Assembly (NCBI GenBank): GCA_040386535.1
Contig: JAZKFH010000032.1
Span: 160,001-224,000, forward strand
Length of the DNA: 64,000 nt
Reading direction: 5' to 3'
Source of the DNA: Myxococcota bacterium
Lineage (GTDB): Bacteria > Myxococcota_A > UBA796 > SXON01
The notes under the pieces were generated by a model. It was not told where the DNA came from. It ran no database searches and saw only the letters and a program-made list of their open reading frames with translations. Made by a program: the position numbers and the translations under genes. This document shows, one piece after another, positions 37,382 to 47,890 of this stretch; position 1 is the first letter of the stretch; every line of letters begins with the position of its first letter.

Positions 37382-40300
37382 AGCGCCCCCAGCGACACGT
37401 GCAGCCGCACGAGGCTCTCCTCGCGGGCCTCGATGCGCGCGGGGTTGAAACCGACATCGACCTGGATCGGCCCGATGACCGTGGCGCGTCGGAGCCCCAC
37501 ACCCACCGACCAGCGCAGCGCCGGGTTTCCCTCCGCCGCGGAGAGCGCCATCGAGTCGGTGACGCCGGGGTTCAGGAACCACACGTTCCCCACGTCCGTG
37601 AAGAAGGCGAGCTGCGTGCCCTCCCACTTCTCCAGCCCGAGCCGCTCGAACGGGATGCGGAACTCGAGGCTCCCCAGCGCCATCGCGTCGCCGCCGGTCG
37701 GCACCCAGCGCGAGGGGGCGTCCCGCCCGCCGTAGGCCACGATGGGGGCGAGGCCGTCGTTGAAGGCGATGCGCTCCTGGGCCACCTCGTTCGCCGGGCC
37801 CACCTCGTCGAGAGCGAAGCCGCGCAGGCTGGCGCCGCCGCCGAGGCGGAAGCGGTCCTCCAGCGGGAGGGTCGCCCGCTCGACCGCGGCGGGATCCCCC
37901 GGCACCCACGCGGCGCCCGCCCGCAGGCGCCCCTGGAGCCCGAAGCCCCCGATCGGCGCCCACCACGCCCAGCTCCCCTCGGCGCGGAGGTAGGTCAGGT
38001 CGGAGAGCACCTCGTCGGTCACGTTGACGAGCAGGTTGCCGATGCCGCCGCGCGTCGGGTTGAACGGATCGTCGCGCCGGTCGTAGACGAACGACAGATC
38101 CAGGCCCGACTGGGCGCGCACCGCGCTCGGGAGGGTGAGCGCGGGATCGTCGATGTCGGCCACGCCGAGCTCGTCGAGCCAGGGGTCCCCCGGGACGATG
38201 GCGCCCGGATCGACATCGAGCAGCCGCCGGAACTGGACCCGGTAGGCGAGCTCCGCGGTGCCGTGCGCGCCGAGGTGGAGCAGCACCCCGATCCCGCCGC
38301 CCGAGCGCTCCAGCCGGTAGCTCGGCTCCTGCTGCTGCTCGTTGAAGGTCACGTCGAGGGCCACCCGCTCGCCGCGCGCGGGGATGTTGGGGGCCTCGTA
38401 GCGCGCCGCCGCCTTCCACTCCGGGGCGAGCACGTCGAGGCTCCAGCCGTCCCCCACCCAGCCCACGCCGGCCTGGGCGAGCAGCGTCACGCGGTGGCCG
38501 AGCCCGAACAGGTTGCGATGCCCGCCCCGCACGAACAGCTTCACGCCGAGATCGGTCGCGACGCCGCCGCCCACCTCCGCGTGCAGGTTGGGGCGCTCCT
38601 CCACCTCGACGATGAGGTCCTTTACACGGTCCTCGTCTCCCACCAGCTCCGCGGAGACGCGCGCGAACAGGTCGAGCTCGTAGAGCCGCCGCCGGATGGC
38701 CGCCACGCGGGACGGCGCGAGCGGATCACCTGCCCGCAGGTCGATCTCGCGCTCGATCACCGACCGCCGCGTGCGCCGGTGCCCGCGCAGGATGACCGAG
38801 CGCAGGTACACCACCGGCCCCGTCGTCACCAGGATGTGCGCGTCCGCGCGGCTCCCGTCCGCCGAGACGACGATGGAGGCGCGGGCGTCGGCCCCGAGGA
38901 AGCCCTGCTCGTTGAGGGCCTCGACGAGGCGCCGGCTGCGCGCCTCCACCTCCGCCGGGTTCAACGGCAGGCCCACGAGATCCCCGAACAGCCCGTCGAC
39001 GCCGGCCCGCGCGGCCTCCACGCCGTCTCCCCCGACGGTGTACTCGCCGAGGACCGCGCGCGGGCCGGCGTCCACGCGCACCTCGATGTCCACGGGCACG
39101 ACCGCCACGCCGTGCTCCTCGGGCCCCTTCCGCTCCTCGAAGGAGAGCCGCTCCAGATCGGCCGACAAGTAGCCCTGCGACCGGTAGAACTCCTGGAGCA
39201 CCTCGAGCGCGTCGTCCACCGCCTCGGGCGTGATGCGGCCCTTCCCGATGTGGTCGGGGCTGGCCTCCTTCAACGCGCCGGTGAGGTAGCGCTTGTCGTA
39301 CCGCGGATCTCCGACGAAGCGCGCCGTGCCGAGGCGATGCCGCGGCCCGGGGCTGCCGGTGATCCGCAGGGTCACGACGTCTTCGGCCTCCTCGACCACC
39401 ACGGTCACCTGCGCCTCGAGGTGGCTCGCCTCCTGGAGCGCTTCCGTGAGCGTACGCGACGCCTCCTCGCCGTACCGGCGGGAGAGCCGCGCGCCGTCCT
39501 CCAGCCCCAACGCGTCGACGATGCGCGGCTTCGCCGGGAGCCCCCGGCGGAGGGGCCGAGGGCCGTCCCGCACGATCGCCCAGGGCCGCCGGGGATCCAC
39601 CAGCACGACGAGCCGGATCCCCTCGGCGACCGGGTCGAGCTGCACGACCACGCGGCCCTCGTAGTACCCCTTCTTGCGCACGGCCTTGGTGAGGGCCTCC
39701 CGCGCGCGTCGCAACGCGTCTTCGGTCCACGGGCGCCCGACGCCCAGGCCCGCCTGCCCCAGGATCCAGCGCACGCGGAGCGAGCTCAAGGCGTCGCCGT
39801 CGCGGATGCGCACCTCCGTCACCCGGTTCGGCGCGCCCTCCGCCACCGTCAGCGCGAGGGTCACGCCGCCGTCCTCGTCCGTGGTCGTGGAGGCGTCGGC
39901 GGTGGCGGTGGGGTACCCGATGGCCGCGTACGCCTCGCGGATGGCCGTGCCGATGCGCGCCTGGTCCTCGGGGAAGAAGGGGTCTCCCGGCTCGCGCCCG
40001 ATGACGCCGAGCAGCTCCCGGCGGGACATGGCCCGCGCGCCGCGGAGCACCACCCGCTCGAGGCGCGGGGGCGGGTACACGCGGTACTCGACCCTCACCG
40101 CGGGCACGGGCTGCCCGTCCGCGTCGAAGGCGACCCAGTCCTCGACGTCGACCTCAACCCGCGCGAAATCGAGCACGCGGTGCAGCACGGCGATGTCCTG
40201 GCGCACGGCCTGGGGGTCGTACCGGGTGTCCTGCTGCACGCGGAGCAGCGGCTCCAGGCTCTCCGCGGGGAGGCCGCCGCCGGGCGCGACCAGGGTGCGG

Positions 40301-40575
40301 AGCGCCACGACCCGCCCGGTGTAGCGCACCGCCGCCGGCAGATCGGAGTCCGTCGCGACGGGGCCGTCGGCGAGCGGCACGAGCGGCATCGGGGCGACCG
40401 CGCCGGGAACGTCGTCCGGAGCGGCCTCCTGAGCGGCCTCCGGGGCGGCGAGCTCCAGCGGGTCGGGCGTGCCCGCCGGTTCCTGCGCCCACGCGGCCGA
40501 GTGCGTCACGCCGGCGCACATCAGGGTGGCGGCGACGCCTCGGATCGCGCGACTTGCTTGAGACGGGGCTCGCAT
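37378..40575 (-). CDS. Omp85-family outer membrane protein (TamA/BamA-like) with multiple POTRA domains
   Basis: POTRA-like repeats (YRSQGYL, LYELDLFARV), HRNLFGLG, RDDPFNPTRG, LGGGASLRGF, GPIQVDVG; downstream of tamB. Confidence 0.9.
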   Translation of the reverse strand: MRAPSQASRAIRGVAATLMCAGVTHSAAWAQEPAGTPDPLELAAPEAAQEAAPDDVPGAVAPMPLVPLADGPVATDSDLPAAVRYTGRVVALRTLVAPGGGLPAESLEPLLRVQQDTRYDPQAVRQDIAVLHRVLDFARVEVDVEDWVAFDADGQPVPAVRVEYRVYPPPRLERVVLRGARAMSRRELLGVIGREPGDPFFPEDQARIGTAIREAYAAIGYPTATADASTTTDEDGGVTLALTVAEGAPNRVTEVRIRDGDALSSLRVRWILGQAGLGVGRPWTEDALRRAREALTKAVRKKGYYEGRVVVQLDPVAEGIRLVVLVDPRRPWAIVRDGPRPLRRGLPAKPRIVDALGLEDGARLSRRYGEEASRTLTEALQEASHLEAQVTVVVEEAEDVVTLRITGSPGPRHRLGTARFVGDPRYDKRYLTGALKEASPDHIGKGRITPEAVDDALEVLQEFYRSQGYLSADLERLSFEERKGPEEHGVAVVPVDIEVRVDAGPRAVLGEYTVGGDGVEAARAGVDGLFGDLVGLPLNPAEVEARSRRLVEALNEQGFLGADARASIVVSADGSRADAHILVTTGPVVYLRSVILRGHRRTRRSVIEREIDLRAGDPLAPSRVAAIRRRLYELDLFARVSAELVGDEDRVKDLIVEVEERPNLHAEVGGGVATDLGVKLFVRGGHRNLFGLGHRVTLLAQAGVGWVGDGWSLDVLAPEWKAAARYEAPNIPARGERVALDVTFNEQQQEPSYRLERSGGGIGVLLHLGAHGTAELAYRVQFRRLLDVDPGAIVPGDPWLDELGVADIDDPALTLPSAVRAQSGLDLSFVYDRRDDPFNPTRGGIGNLLVNVTDEVLSDLTYLRAEGSWAWWAPIGGFGLQGRLRAGAAWVPGDPAAVERATLPLEDRFRLGGGASLRGFALDEVGPANEVAQERIAFNDGLAPIVAYGGRDAPSRWVPTGGDAMALGSLEFRIPFERLGLEKWEGTQLAFFTDVGNVWFLNPGVTDSMALSAAEGNPALRWSVGVGLRRATVIGPIQVDVGFNPARIEAREESLVRLHVSLGAL

Positions 40576-40629
40576 CGGGGCCTCGCCATAACGCGCGCGC
40601 CTCCTTGCTCGGCGGCGTTCCGCGGGCTC

Positions 40630-43600
40630 CTAATCGAGCTCCCACTTCAACTTGAACTCCGCGCCGTAGGCGGCCCCGATCGGCAGCGATCGCCCCTCCT
40701 GCCGCGTGGCCACGTACGCGGTGGCGTAGAGCCTCTCCGCGATGCGACGCTCGACGGAGGCGTACCAGTCGCTCCCGAAGTTCACGCCCAGGGCTTTTTC
40801 GACCGTGATGTCGAACTCGCCCACCTGCTTCTCGGCGACCAGCCGCAGGTCGCTCGTCACCGCGCTCGATCCGCGCTCCGACACGCCGCTCACGAGGTTC
40901 CAGCGGTCGATGATGAACAGGTTGGTGCGCGAGATGGCGGTCTGCGCGAGGAGCAGATCCCCCGTCTCCGCGACCAGCGCGGTGCCGAGCCCGCCGTACC
41001 GCTCGAGCTCCTCGCGGGTGACGCCGAACAGGAGGAGGGCGTTCACGTCCGCCTGCGCCAGGTAGGGGTCGGACGCGGTGTTGGTGCGCCAGTCGGAGAA
41101 CGGCCCGGTGACGCCGTAGGTCACGTGGTAGTCCTGATCGTGGCTGCGCACGTCGGTCTCGAGGAGGATGTCCAGGTCGGGATCGAAGGTGTACGGATCG
41201 ACGTAGCGGAGCTCGCCGCGCGTCACCTCGAACTCGCGCTCGTGCAGGTACACCTCGCCGCCGGCCTCCACGAGCACCTCGCCCACCATGCCCGGCCGCG
41301 ACGTGTCCCCGATGATGCGAAGGTTGGCGCTCGCGTCGGCGTCCGCCACGTTGTTGCGCAGCCGCACGGTGTCGTCGGCCCGCACCTCCAGATCCAGGCT
41401 GAAGTACCGCGCGCCCTCGACCGGGGCGCTCCCGGTGAGCCGCTCCTCGCGCAGCGAGAGCACCATCGCCTCCCAGTCGATGCGCTCGCGGAACTCCATC
41501 TCGTCGATGTCGATGGTGCCCGAGAGCAACAGGTCGTCGACCGGGCCGTCGAACCGGAGCGTCGCGTCGCCGACGATGGGCGGAAGGTAGTCGAGGTAGG
41601 CCACGCGGGCGTCTTCGAGCTCGCCCTCGATCTGGTAGCGGCGGGGGATCCACCCGTCCGCCTCGATCACGCTCTCGCCGCTCTGGAACGTGCCGCCGCC
41701 GACCTCGGCGGTCACGTCGCGAATGACGTAGCGCTCGGAGGTGGCCTCGATCGTGGCGGTGACGTTCTCGAAGTCGGCGGGGAAGTACCCGGAACGCAGC
41801 GTCGCGTCCTCGAGTGTGGCGGCGATCTCGACACGGGGCCGGCCGTCGCGGTCGCGCTCGATCTCCACCGCCACCTCGGCGATGCCCTGGGCGAGCTCCA
41901 GCTCCGGCACGAACGCGCGTGCGAGGTCGAGGTTCACCTCGCCGCCGCCACGAAACGCGAGCTGCCCGCGGCCGGTGGTGTAGCCCTGGAATTCGAGCTG
42001 GGTGCCCGCGTTGCCCTCGAGGCGGAGCAGCGGCACCTGCATGCTGGTGCCGTGTACGGCGAACACCCACGGCTCCGGCGCCGAGAGGACGTGCCCGTCC
42101 CACCGCGCCTCCACGCTGTCGAAGCGCCCCTCGATGTCCACGGGGGTCGGGCTGTCGCCGAAGCGGCCGGCGAGCGAGAGATCCCCGGACAGGCGCGCGT
42201 CCACCGGGCTCCCGTCCTGCGCGCGCGGGTAGAACAGGTGCGCGGGGAAGCGAGTGAAGGTGGCCTCGGCCTCGTAGGGCTGATCGCCCCACATCCCCAA
42301 CGTCCCGCGCGTGCGCAGCGCGTCTCCGAGGATGCCGCCGTCCCAGGCGAGCACGCCCGCCTCCGAGGAGAACGCGACCGACGTGTCCTCCAGCTCGCTC
42401 CCGTCGTAGAACGTGCGGGTCGCGGTGAGGCGCCCGCGTGGCGCGGGATCCTGGAGCGTGCCGCCGATCTGCGCGTCCAGCTGGATGCTCCCGGTGAGCG
42501 GCAGCCCCAGCGGCACGACGTGATCGAGCCGCTCCAGCGCCATCCCGTCGGAGAGCACGTCCAGGTTCATGACGAAGCCCCGCGCCACCGACCCGCGCGC
42601 CAGCACCGACTCCTCCCCCCGCGCGAGCACCAGCTCGTCGAGGGTGAACTCCCCGTCGTCCATCCAGGCGGTGGCGTGCCCGCTGGGGAAGGTCTCGCCG
42701 TACAGATCGACATCCCGCAGCTCCACGGAGATGTCGCCGTCGAGGTGGTAGGGCTCGCCCGAGAGCACGGCGGTGCCGGACACGATGCCGTCCATCGGCC
42801 CGACATCCACGAAGATGCCGGCGAGATCACGGATGTGGCCCGCGCCCACGTACACCTGCGTGTCGATGAACATCGGGTCGGTGAACGCGATCTCGAAGTC
42901 GCCCTGGTAGTCGGTCTCCCCGAGCCGGGCGCGGATGTCGGTGAAGTGCAGCCGGCGCAGATCGCTGCTGTCCAGCGCGGCGGTGAGGTGGTCCGCCAGG
43001 GGCATGTCGAGCACGACGGCGTCGGTGACCGTGAGTGTCGCCTCGGCCGACATCGGCTGGTCGTAGCGGCCGCCCAACCATCCGGACAGCGACGCACGGC
43101 CGCCGAGCCCGGCGTCCCCGAGCGGCTGGAGCTGGGACAGGTCGAGCGTGGAGAAGGCCACGTCCACCCCGAGCGGCCCGTGGGCAGCGAACCCCAGGTC
43201 GGCCCGGGCGGTGCCGCGGCTCGGTCCCGCCGCCACACGCCCGTCGAGCACCATGTGCTCCGCGTCGACCATCAGATCGCCGACCACCGTCCCAGCCGGC
43301 ACGGCGAGCAAGGTGTCGGAGGGCCCGTCCACCGGGCCGTCGTTCACGTGGAACCCCCCGATGTTCACCTCGAACGGGCCGTCGAGCCGGAAGGGCTTGA
43401 TCGTGCCGGTCACGTGGGTTTCGAGGTCGCCGACGAAGTCCGCCCACGGGGTCGGGGCCACGCCCGCGGACTGGAGGATGCGCGCGAGCCGGATCCCCTC
43501 CGCGACCACGCCGCCCTGGACGGCGCCGGTCGCCGGCTCTACGCGCGCGTCCACGAGGAGCGTTCCCTCGCCCCAGCCCATCTCGAGCGGTCCGACCTCG

Positions 43601-44631
43601 ATCGCGACGGGTTTCATCGACGCGGGGTCCCCCGGGACCAGCGCCCAGGGGCCATGGGCGTCGCCGATGCGCGTGGCGTGCAGGCCCTTCGTCCCCGGCC
43701 GCCAGATGACCAGGCCCTGCACCGCGACCGTCCCATCGGCCTGGGGGGCGTCCGTCGTGCCACCCAAGGCGGCGTCGACGTCGACCAACCCCTCGACGTA
43801 CCCCTTGCCCTCGCCCCCCCCGCCGGTCAGCCGGCCGAGATCGAGGTGCACGGAGAGGTCACCGCCGACGGGCCCGTTCCGCAGCATGGCCACAGCACCG
43901 TCCAACGAGAGCGCCTCGAAACGGACGTCGATCTCGGGCGCGATGAGCCGGTCGGGCCCGAACTGGAGCCCGGGAAAGGAGATGTCGGCCGCGTGCTGCG
44001 TGATCGTGCCGGCCACGATGTCGACCGTGGCGAGGCGCAGGTCGGTCGTGCCGGAGAGCTCGCCGGGACGCGCGTCGATGCCGCCGATCTCGACACTGCC
44101 AGCCGCGGACGCCAGCGTGAAGCGCCCGTCCACCACGACCAGCTCCTGCCACGGGAAACGGGTCGCGCGGGGCTTGCCGGTACCGCCGCCGCCGAGCCCC
44201 CGGGGCAGCCCGCGCAACTCGCGGAGGCCGTCGGCGTCGACGTGCAGGGACACCTGGGGCGCCTCGATCGTGAGCGTGCGCAGGACCGGGCGCAGCCCGT
44301 CCATCCCCGGCTCGACGCGCACCGTGCGCACGGCGGCGATGGTCTCGCCCGTTGGCGTGTGCGTGACGACGACCCCCTGCAGCTCCACCTGGAGCGGCAC
44401 GTAGTCGACCTCGATGCGCCCGATGGTGACGCGCTCCCCGATCGCGGCCTCGACCGCGCCCTCCGCCGCGCGCGCCGCGAGCCGGGCCACGAGCTCCGAC
44501 TGCACCACCACGAGCGTGACGCCGATGACGCCGAGCGGCACCAGCAAAAGCCGCCAGCGCCGGCCCGGACGGCGTCCACCCCCCGCGGGCGGGCGCCCCG
44601 TTGGTTCCGCCCTCCCTTCGGTGCCCATCAC
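40630..44631 (-). CDS. tamB: Translocation and assembly module TamB
   Basis: N-terminal TM anchor, long beta-rich AsmA-like body, C-terminal DPDLDI...SDPYLAQADVNALLLFG. Confidence 0.85.
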   Translation of the reverse strand: MMGTEGRAEPTGRPPAGGGRRPGRRWRLLLVPLGVIGVTLVVVQSELVARLAARAAEGAVEAAIGERVTIGRIEVDYVPLQVELQGVVVTHTPTGETIAAVRTVRVEPGMDGLRPVLRTLTIEAPQVSLHVDADGLRELRGLPRGLGGGGTGKPRATRFPWQELVVVDGRFTLASAAGSVEIGGIDARPGELSGTTDLRLATVDIVAGTITQHAADISFPGLQFGPDRLIAPEIDVRFEALSLDGAVAMLRNGPVGGDLSVHLDLGRLTGGGGEGKGYVEGLVDVDAALGGTTDAPQADGTVAVQGLVIWRPGTKGLHATRIGDAHGPWALVPGDPASMKPVAIEVGPLEMGWGEGTLLVDARVEPATGAVQGGVVAEGIRLARILQSAGVAPTPWADFVGDLETHVTGTIKPFRLDGPFEVNIGGFHVNDGPVDGPSDTLLAVPAGTVVGDLMVDAEHMVLDGRVAAGPSRGTARADLGFAAHGPLGVDVAFSTLDLSQLQPLGDAGLGGRASLSGWLGGRYDQPMSAEATLTVTDAVVLDMPLADHLTAALDSSDLRRLHFTDIRARLGETDYQGDFEIAFTDPMFIDTQVYVGAGHIRDLAGIFVDVGPMDGIVSGTAVLSGEPYHLDGDISVELRDVDLYGETFPSGHATAWMDDGEFTLDELVLARGEESVLARGSVARGFVMNLDVLSDGMALERLDHVVPLGLPLTGSIQLDAQIGGTLQDPAPRGRLTATRTFYDGSELEDTSVAFSSEAGVLAWDGGILGDALRTRGTLGMWGDQPYEAEATFTRFPAHLFYPRAQDGSPVDARLSGDLSLAGRFGDSPTPVDIEGRFDSVEARWDGHVLSAPEPWVFAVHGTSMQVPLLRLEGNAGTQLEFQGYTTGRGQLAFRGGGEVNLDLARAFVPELELAQGIAEVAVEIERDRDGRPRVEIAATLEDATLRSGYFPADFENVTATIEATSERYVIRDVTAEVGGGTFQSGESVIEADGWIPRRYQIEGELEDARVAYLDYLPPIVGDATLRFDGPVDDLLLSGTIDIDEMEFRERIDWEAMVLSLREERLTGSAPVEGARYFSLDLEVRADDTVRLRNNVADADASANLRIIGDTSRPGMVGEVLVEAGGEVYLHEREFEVTRGELRYVDPYTFDPDLDILLETDVRSHDQDYHVTYGVTGPFSDWRTNTASDPYLAQADVNALLLFGVTREELERYGGLGTALVAETGDLLLAQTAISRTNLFIIDRWNLVSGVSERGSSAVTSDLRLVAEKQVGEFDITVEKALGVNFGSDWYASVERRIAERLYATAYVATRQEGRSLPIGAAYGAEFKLKWELD

Positions 44632-44755
44632 GCCTCCCTGCTATGGGCGCCGCCCTCCGACGTCCACCCGACGTCCGCCCGGCGACGTCCACCCGGCAAT
44701 CTCGTGCGCGTTGCCTTGCCGAGTACAGACACCGGGTATACATGCAACCGCGATT

Positions 44756-44831
44756 GCGGGTGTAGCTCAGTTGGTAGAGTACGAGCTTCCCAAGCTCGGT
44801 GTCGTGGGTCCGAATCCCATCACCCGCTCCA
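44756..44831 (+). tRNA. tRNA-Gly (CCC)
   Basis: Acceptor GCGGGTG/CACCCGC, D-arm GCTC/GAGT, anticodon arm CGAGC-TTCCCAA-GCTCG, T-arm GTGGG/CCCAT, discriminator T and encoded CCA; 76 nt. Confidence 0.93.
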
Positions 44832-44955
44832 TCTACCCAGCGTCGGCGGCCGGTCGGAAAGACAGGTCCTGACTCACGAGAGGGCCGTTAGCGTGGAGAC
44901 ACGCTGGCGGCCCTTTTCTCGATCATCTTCTCGATTTCTATCGTGGAGCCTCCGC

Positions 44956-45297
44956 ATGCTCCGGTTCCGAGCCGGCCCCGAGAAGAAGGACGATGACGGC
45001 AATGTCCGCATCGCTCCCGACCTCGACGTCAAGACGCGCGTTGAGAAGCCGCGAATGTACAAGGTCTTGTTCCACAATGACGACTACACCACGATGGAAT
45101 TCGTCGTGGAGGTCCTCAGCGTGGTGTTCCGGCGAACGCGCGTCGAGGCGACCCGCATCATGCTTTCCATTCATCGGAGTGGAAAGGGCGTGGCGGGTGT
45201 CTATACGCGTGAGATTGCGGAAACAAAAGCCCAGCTTGCGATGGACCGTGCACGCGACCGTGGGTATCCGCTCCTCGTGACGACCGAACCGGAGTGA
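44956..45297 (+). CDS. clpS: ATP-dependent Clp protease adaptor ClpS
   Basis: PRMYKVLFHNDDYTTMEFVV, IMLSIH, GVYTREIAETK, YPL; immediately upstream of clpA. Confidence 0.95.
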   Translation: MLRFRAGPEKKDDDGNVRIAPDLDVKTRVEKPRMYKVLFHNDDYTTMEFVVEVLSVVFRRTRVEATRIMLSIHRSGKGVAGVYTREIAETKAQLAMDRARDRGYPLLVTTEPE

Positions 45298-45304
45298 AGG
45301 ATAC

Positions 45305-47662
45305 ATGACGCTTTCCCGCGAACTCACCATCGCCCTCTCCCTCGCCATGGAGGTGGCGCGTGAGAAGCGGCACGAACTCTTGACCCTCGAGCACGTGCTG
45401 TACGCGTTGTTGACCGACCCCACCACTGCCGAGTGCCTCGAGGCCTGCGGCGCTGACCTGAAGAAGCTGGAGGTCGAGCTCGACGCCTTCTTCGAGAAGA
45501 TGGAGAAGCTCCCCGAAGACGAGGCCGAGGACTACGAGCCCACGCAGACCGCGGCGTTCACCCGCGTGCTCCAGCGCGCGGTGCATCACGTCCAGTCCTC
45601 CGGCAAGACCGAGGTGACCGGCGGCAACCTGCTCGTCGCGATGTACTCGGAGAACGACAGCCACGCGGTGCACATGCTGGAGAAGCAGAGCGTCACCAAG
45701 CTCGACGTGACCGCCTACATCGCGCACGGTGTCCGCAAAACCGCGCCGAAGAAGATGTCCGCGTCCACCGGCTCCACGGAGACCGAGGCCTCGTCCGCGA
45801 GCTCCGGGAACGACCCGCTCTCCAACTTCTGCGTCGACCTGGTCGCTCGCGCCGCCGCCGGCAAGATCGATCCGCTCGTCGGCCGGGACGCCGAGCTCGA
45901 GCGCACCCTGCAGATCCTCGCGCGCCGCCGCAAGAACAACCCCCTGTTCCTGGGGGATCCCGGCGTCGGCAAGACCGCGATCGTCGAGGGCCTCGCTCGC
46001 CGCATCCACGAGGGGAACGTGCCGGACCTGCTCAAGGGCAGCCGGCTCTACGCGCTCGACATGGGCGCCCTCATCGCCGGGACCCGGTACCGCGGCGACT
46101 TCGAGGAGCGCCTCAAGGCCGTCCTCAAGGCGCTCGACGAGAAGCCGAAGTCGATCCTGTTCATCGACGAGATCCACACCATCATCGGGGCCGGCGCCAC
46201 GCAGGGCGGCTCGATGGACGCGTCGAACCTGCTGAAGCCCGCGCTCGCCAGCGGAGAGCTCCGCTGCATCGGCTCGACCACCCACTCGGAGTACCGCGCG
46301 GCCTTCGGCCGGGATCGGGCGCTCGCGCGCCGCTTCCAGACGATCGACGTGGCGGAGCCCTCGGTGGACGAGTGCATCCTCATCCTGCACGGTCTGCGCA
46401 AGCAGTTCGAGACCCACCACGGCATCACCTACTCGGATGACGCGATCGACGCGGCGGCGCGCCTCGCCGCGCGGCACATCAACGATCGCCACCTCCCGGA
46501 CAAGGCGGTCGACGTGATCGACGAGGCCGGCGCCGCCGCCCGCCTGCACAAGCCCGGCTCGATCGTCGGCGTGCCCGAGGTCGAGGCCGTCGTCGCCCGC
46601 ATGGCGCGGGTCCCGCCCAAGACGGTGAGCAACGAGGAGCAGATCAACCTCTCCCGCCTCCCCGAGATGTTGCGCGCGCGGATCTACGGCCAGGATGAGG
46701 CAATCGCCGCCGTCACCCAAACCATCAAGCTCAACCGCGCGGGCCTCGGCTCTCCCAACAAGCCGGTCGGCTCGTTCCTGTTCTCCGGGCCCACGGGCGT
46801 CGGCAAGACCGAGCTCGCCAAGCAGCTCGCCGAGGTGCTCGGCGTGGCGTTCCTGCGGTTCGACATGTCCGAGTACATGGAGAAGCACACGGTCAGCCGG
46901 CTCATCGGCGCGCCCCCGGGGTACGTCGGCTTCGAGCAGGAGGGCCTGCTCACCGGCGCGGTCAACCGCACGCCCTACGCGGTGCTCGTGCTCGACGAGA
47001 TCGAGAAGGCGCACCCCGACATCTACAACATCCTGTTGCAGGTGATGGACCACGCCACCCTGACCGACAACAACGGCAAGAAGGCCGACTTCCGCAACGT
47101 CATCCTCGTGCTCACGACCAACGCGGGCGTGCGCGAGGGGCAGCGTCCGAGCCCCGGGTTCGGCCGCGCGGACCAGGGCCGCCGCGTGGACGACGCGGTC
47201 AACCGCACGTTCCCGCCCGAGTTCCGCAACCGGCTCGACGGGCTGATCGCGTTCGGCCCGCTCTCCCAGGACATCGTGCTCAAGGTCGTCGACAAGTTCG
47301 TGCTGGAGCTCTCCGCCCAGCTCGGCGCGCGCGACGTGACCTTGCAGATCACCCCCACGCTCCGCGCGTGGCTCGGGGAGAAGGGCTACAAGCCCGAGTT
47401 CGGCGCCCGTGAGATGGGTCGCGTCATCCAGGACGAGCTGAAGAAGCCGCTGGCGGACGAGCTCCTCTTCGGGAAGCTGATGAAGGGCGGCAGCGTGCTG
47501 GCCGACCTCGACGGGGACAAGGTCACGTTCACGATCATCGCCGGCCCCGCGTCGGCGCTGCCCGTGCCGCCGGACCTGTTGCCGGACGGCGAGGGTGCGA
47601 ACGGCCCGGATGATGGCCAGGGCGCGGCAGGCGGGAAGCGCCAGACCGAACCCGCCGCCTGA
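45305..47662 (+). CDS. clpA: ATP-dependent Clp protease ATPase ClpA
   Basis: Clp N-domain, two AAA+ modules ([16 protein letters not shown]), [11 protein letters not shown], no long M-domain; follows clpS. Confidence 0.95.
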   Translation: MTLSRELTIALSLAMEVAREKRHELLTLEHVLYALLTDPTTAECLEACGADLKKLEVELDAFFEKMEKLPEDEAEDYEPTQTAAFTRVLQRAVHHVQSSGKTEVTGGNLLVAMYSENDSHAVHMLEKQSVTKLDVTAYIAHGVRKTAPKKMSASTGSTETEASSASSGNDPLSNFCVDLVARAAAGKIDPLVGRDAELERTLQILARRRKNNPLFLGDPGVGKTAIVEGLARRIHEGNVPDLLKGSRLYALDMGALIAGTRYRGDFEERLKAVLKALDEKPKSILFIDEIHTIIGAGATQGGSMDASNLLKPALASGELRCIGSTTHSEYRAAFGRDRALARRFQTIDVAEPSVDECILILHGLRKQFETHHGITYSDDAIDAAARLAARHINDRHLPDKAVDVIDEAGAAARLHKPGSIVGVPEVEAVVARMARVPPKTVSNEEQINLSRLPEMLRARIYGQDEAIAAVTQTIKLNRAGLGSPNKPVGSFLFSGPTGVGKTELAKQLAEVLGVAFLRFDMSEYMEKHTVSRLIGAPPGYVGFEQEGLLTGAVNRTPYAVLVLDEIEKAHPDIYNILLQVMDHATLTDNNGKKADFRNVILVLTTNAGVREGQRPSPGFGRADQGRRVDDAVNRTFPPEFRNRLDGLIAFGPLSQDIVLKVVDKFVLELSAQLGARDVTLQITPTLRAWLGEKGYKPEFGAREMGRVIQDELKKPLADELLFGKLMKGGSVLADLDGDKVTFTIIAGPASALPVPPDLLPDGEGANGPDDGQGAAGGKRQTEPAA

Positions 47663-47700
47663 CGCCGCGGCTCCTGTCGCGCGTCTGACCTTCAGATGAC

Positions 47701-47737
47701 CCGGGGCGCTCCTCGCGAGCGCCCCGGCTGTCGTTTT
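47701..47737 (+). terminator. Putative intrinsic terminator after clpA
   Basis: Perfect 11-bp stem CCGGGGCGCTC/GAGCGCCCCGG with a 5-nt loop, followed by CTGTCGTTTT. Confidence 0.55.
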
Positions 47738-47890
47738 GGGGCCGTTCCCGCCGCCCCAGGAGCGCACCGCCGGGCCCTTCCCCCTCGCCTGACGCCCCCG
47801 TTCACAGCGTGGTGTTGACGCCCGCGCCTCCTCGCCCGTAGCATGGCGGCCACCCCGCCACCGGGCGGACCCTCCCCGAGGCAGCTCGTT

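Noticed and set aside
37399..45297. 2632-aa plus-strand ORF
   Set aside because: Antisense shadow of the Omp85 and tamB genes that also crosses the tRNA; stop-free antisense frames are expected at high GC3. Only the last 113 codons (clpS) are real.
44756..45300. Genomic island or prophage integrated at tRNA-Gly
   Set aside because: Flanks are core genes (tamB, clpS-clpA); no integrase or duplicated tRNA 3' end was seen.
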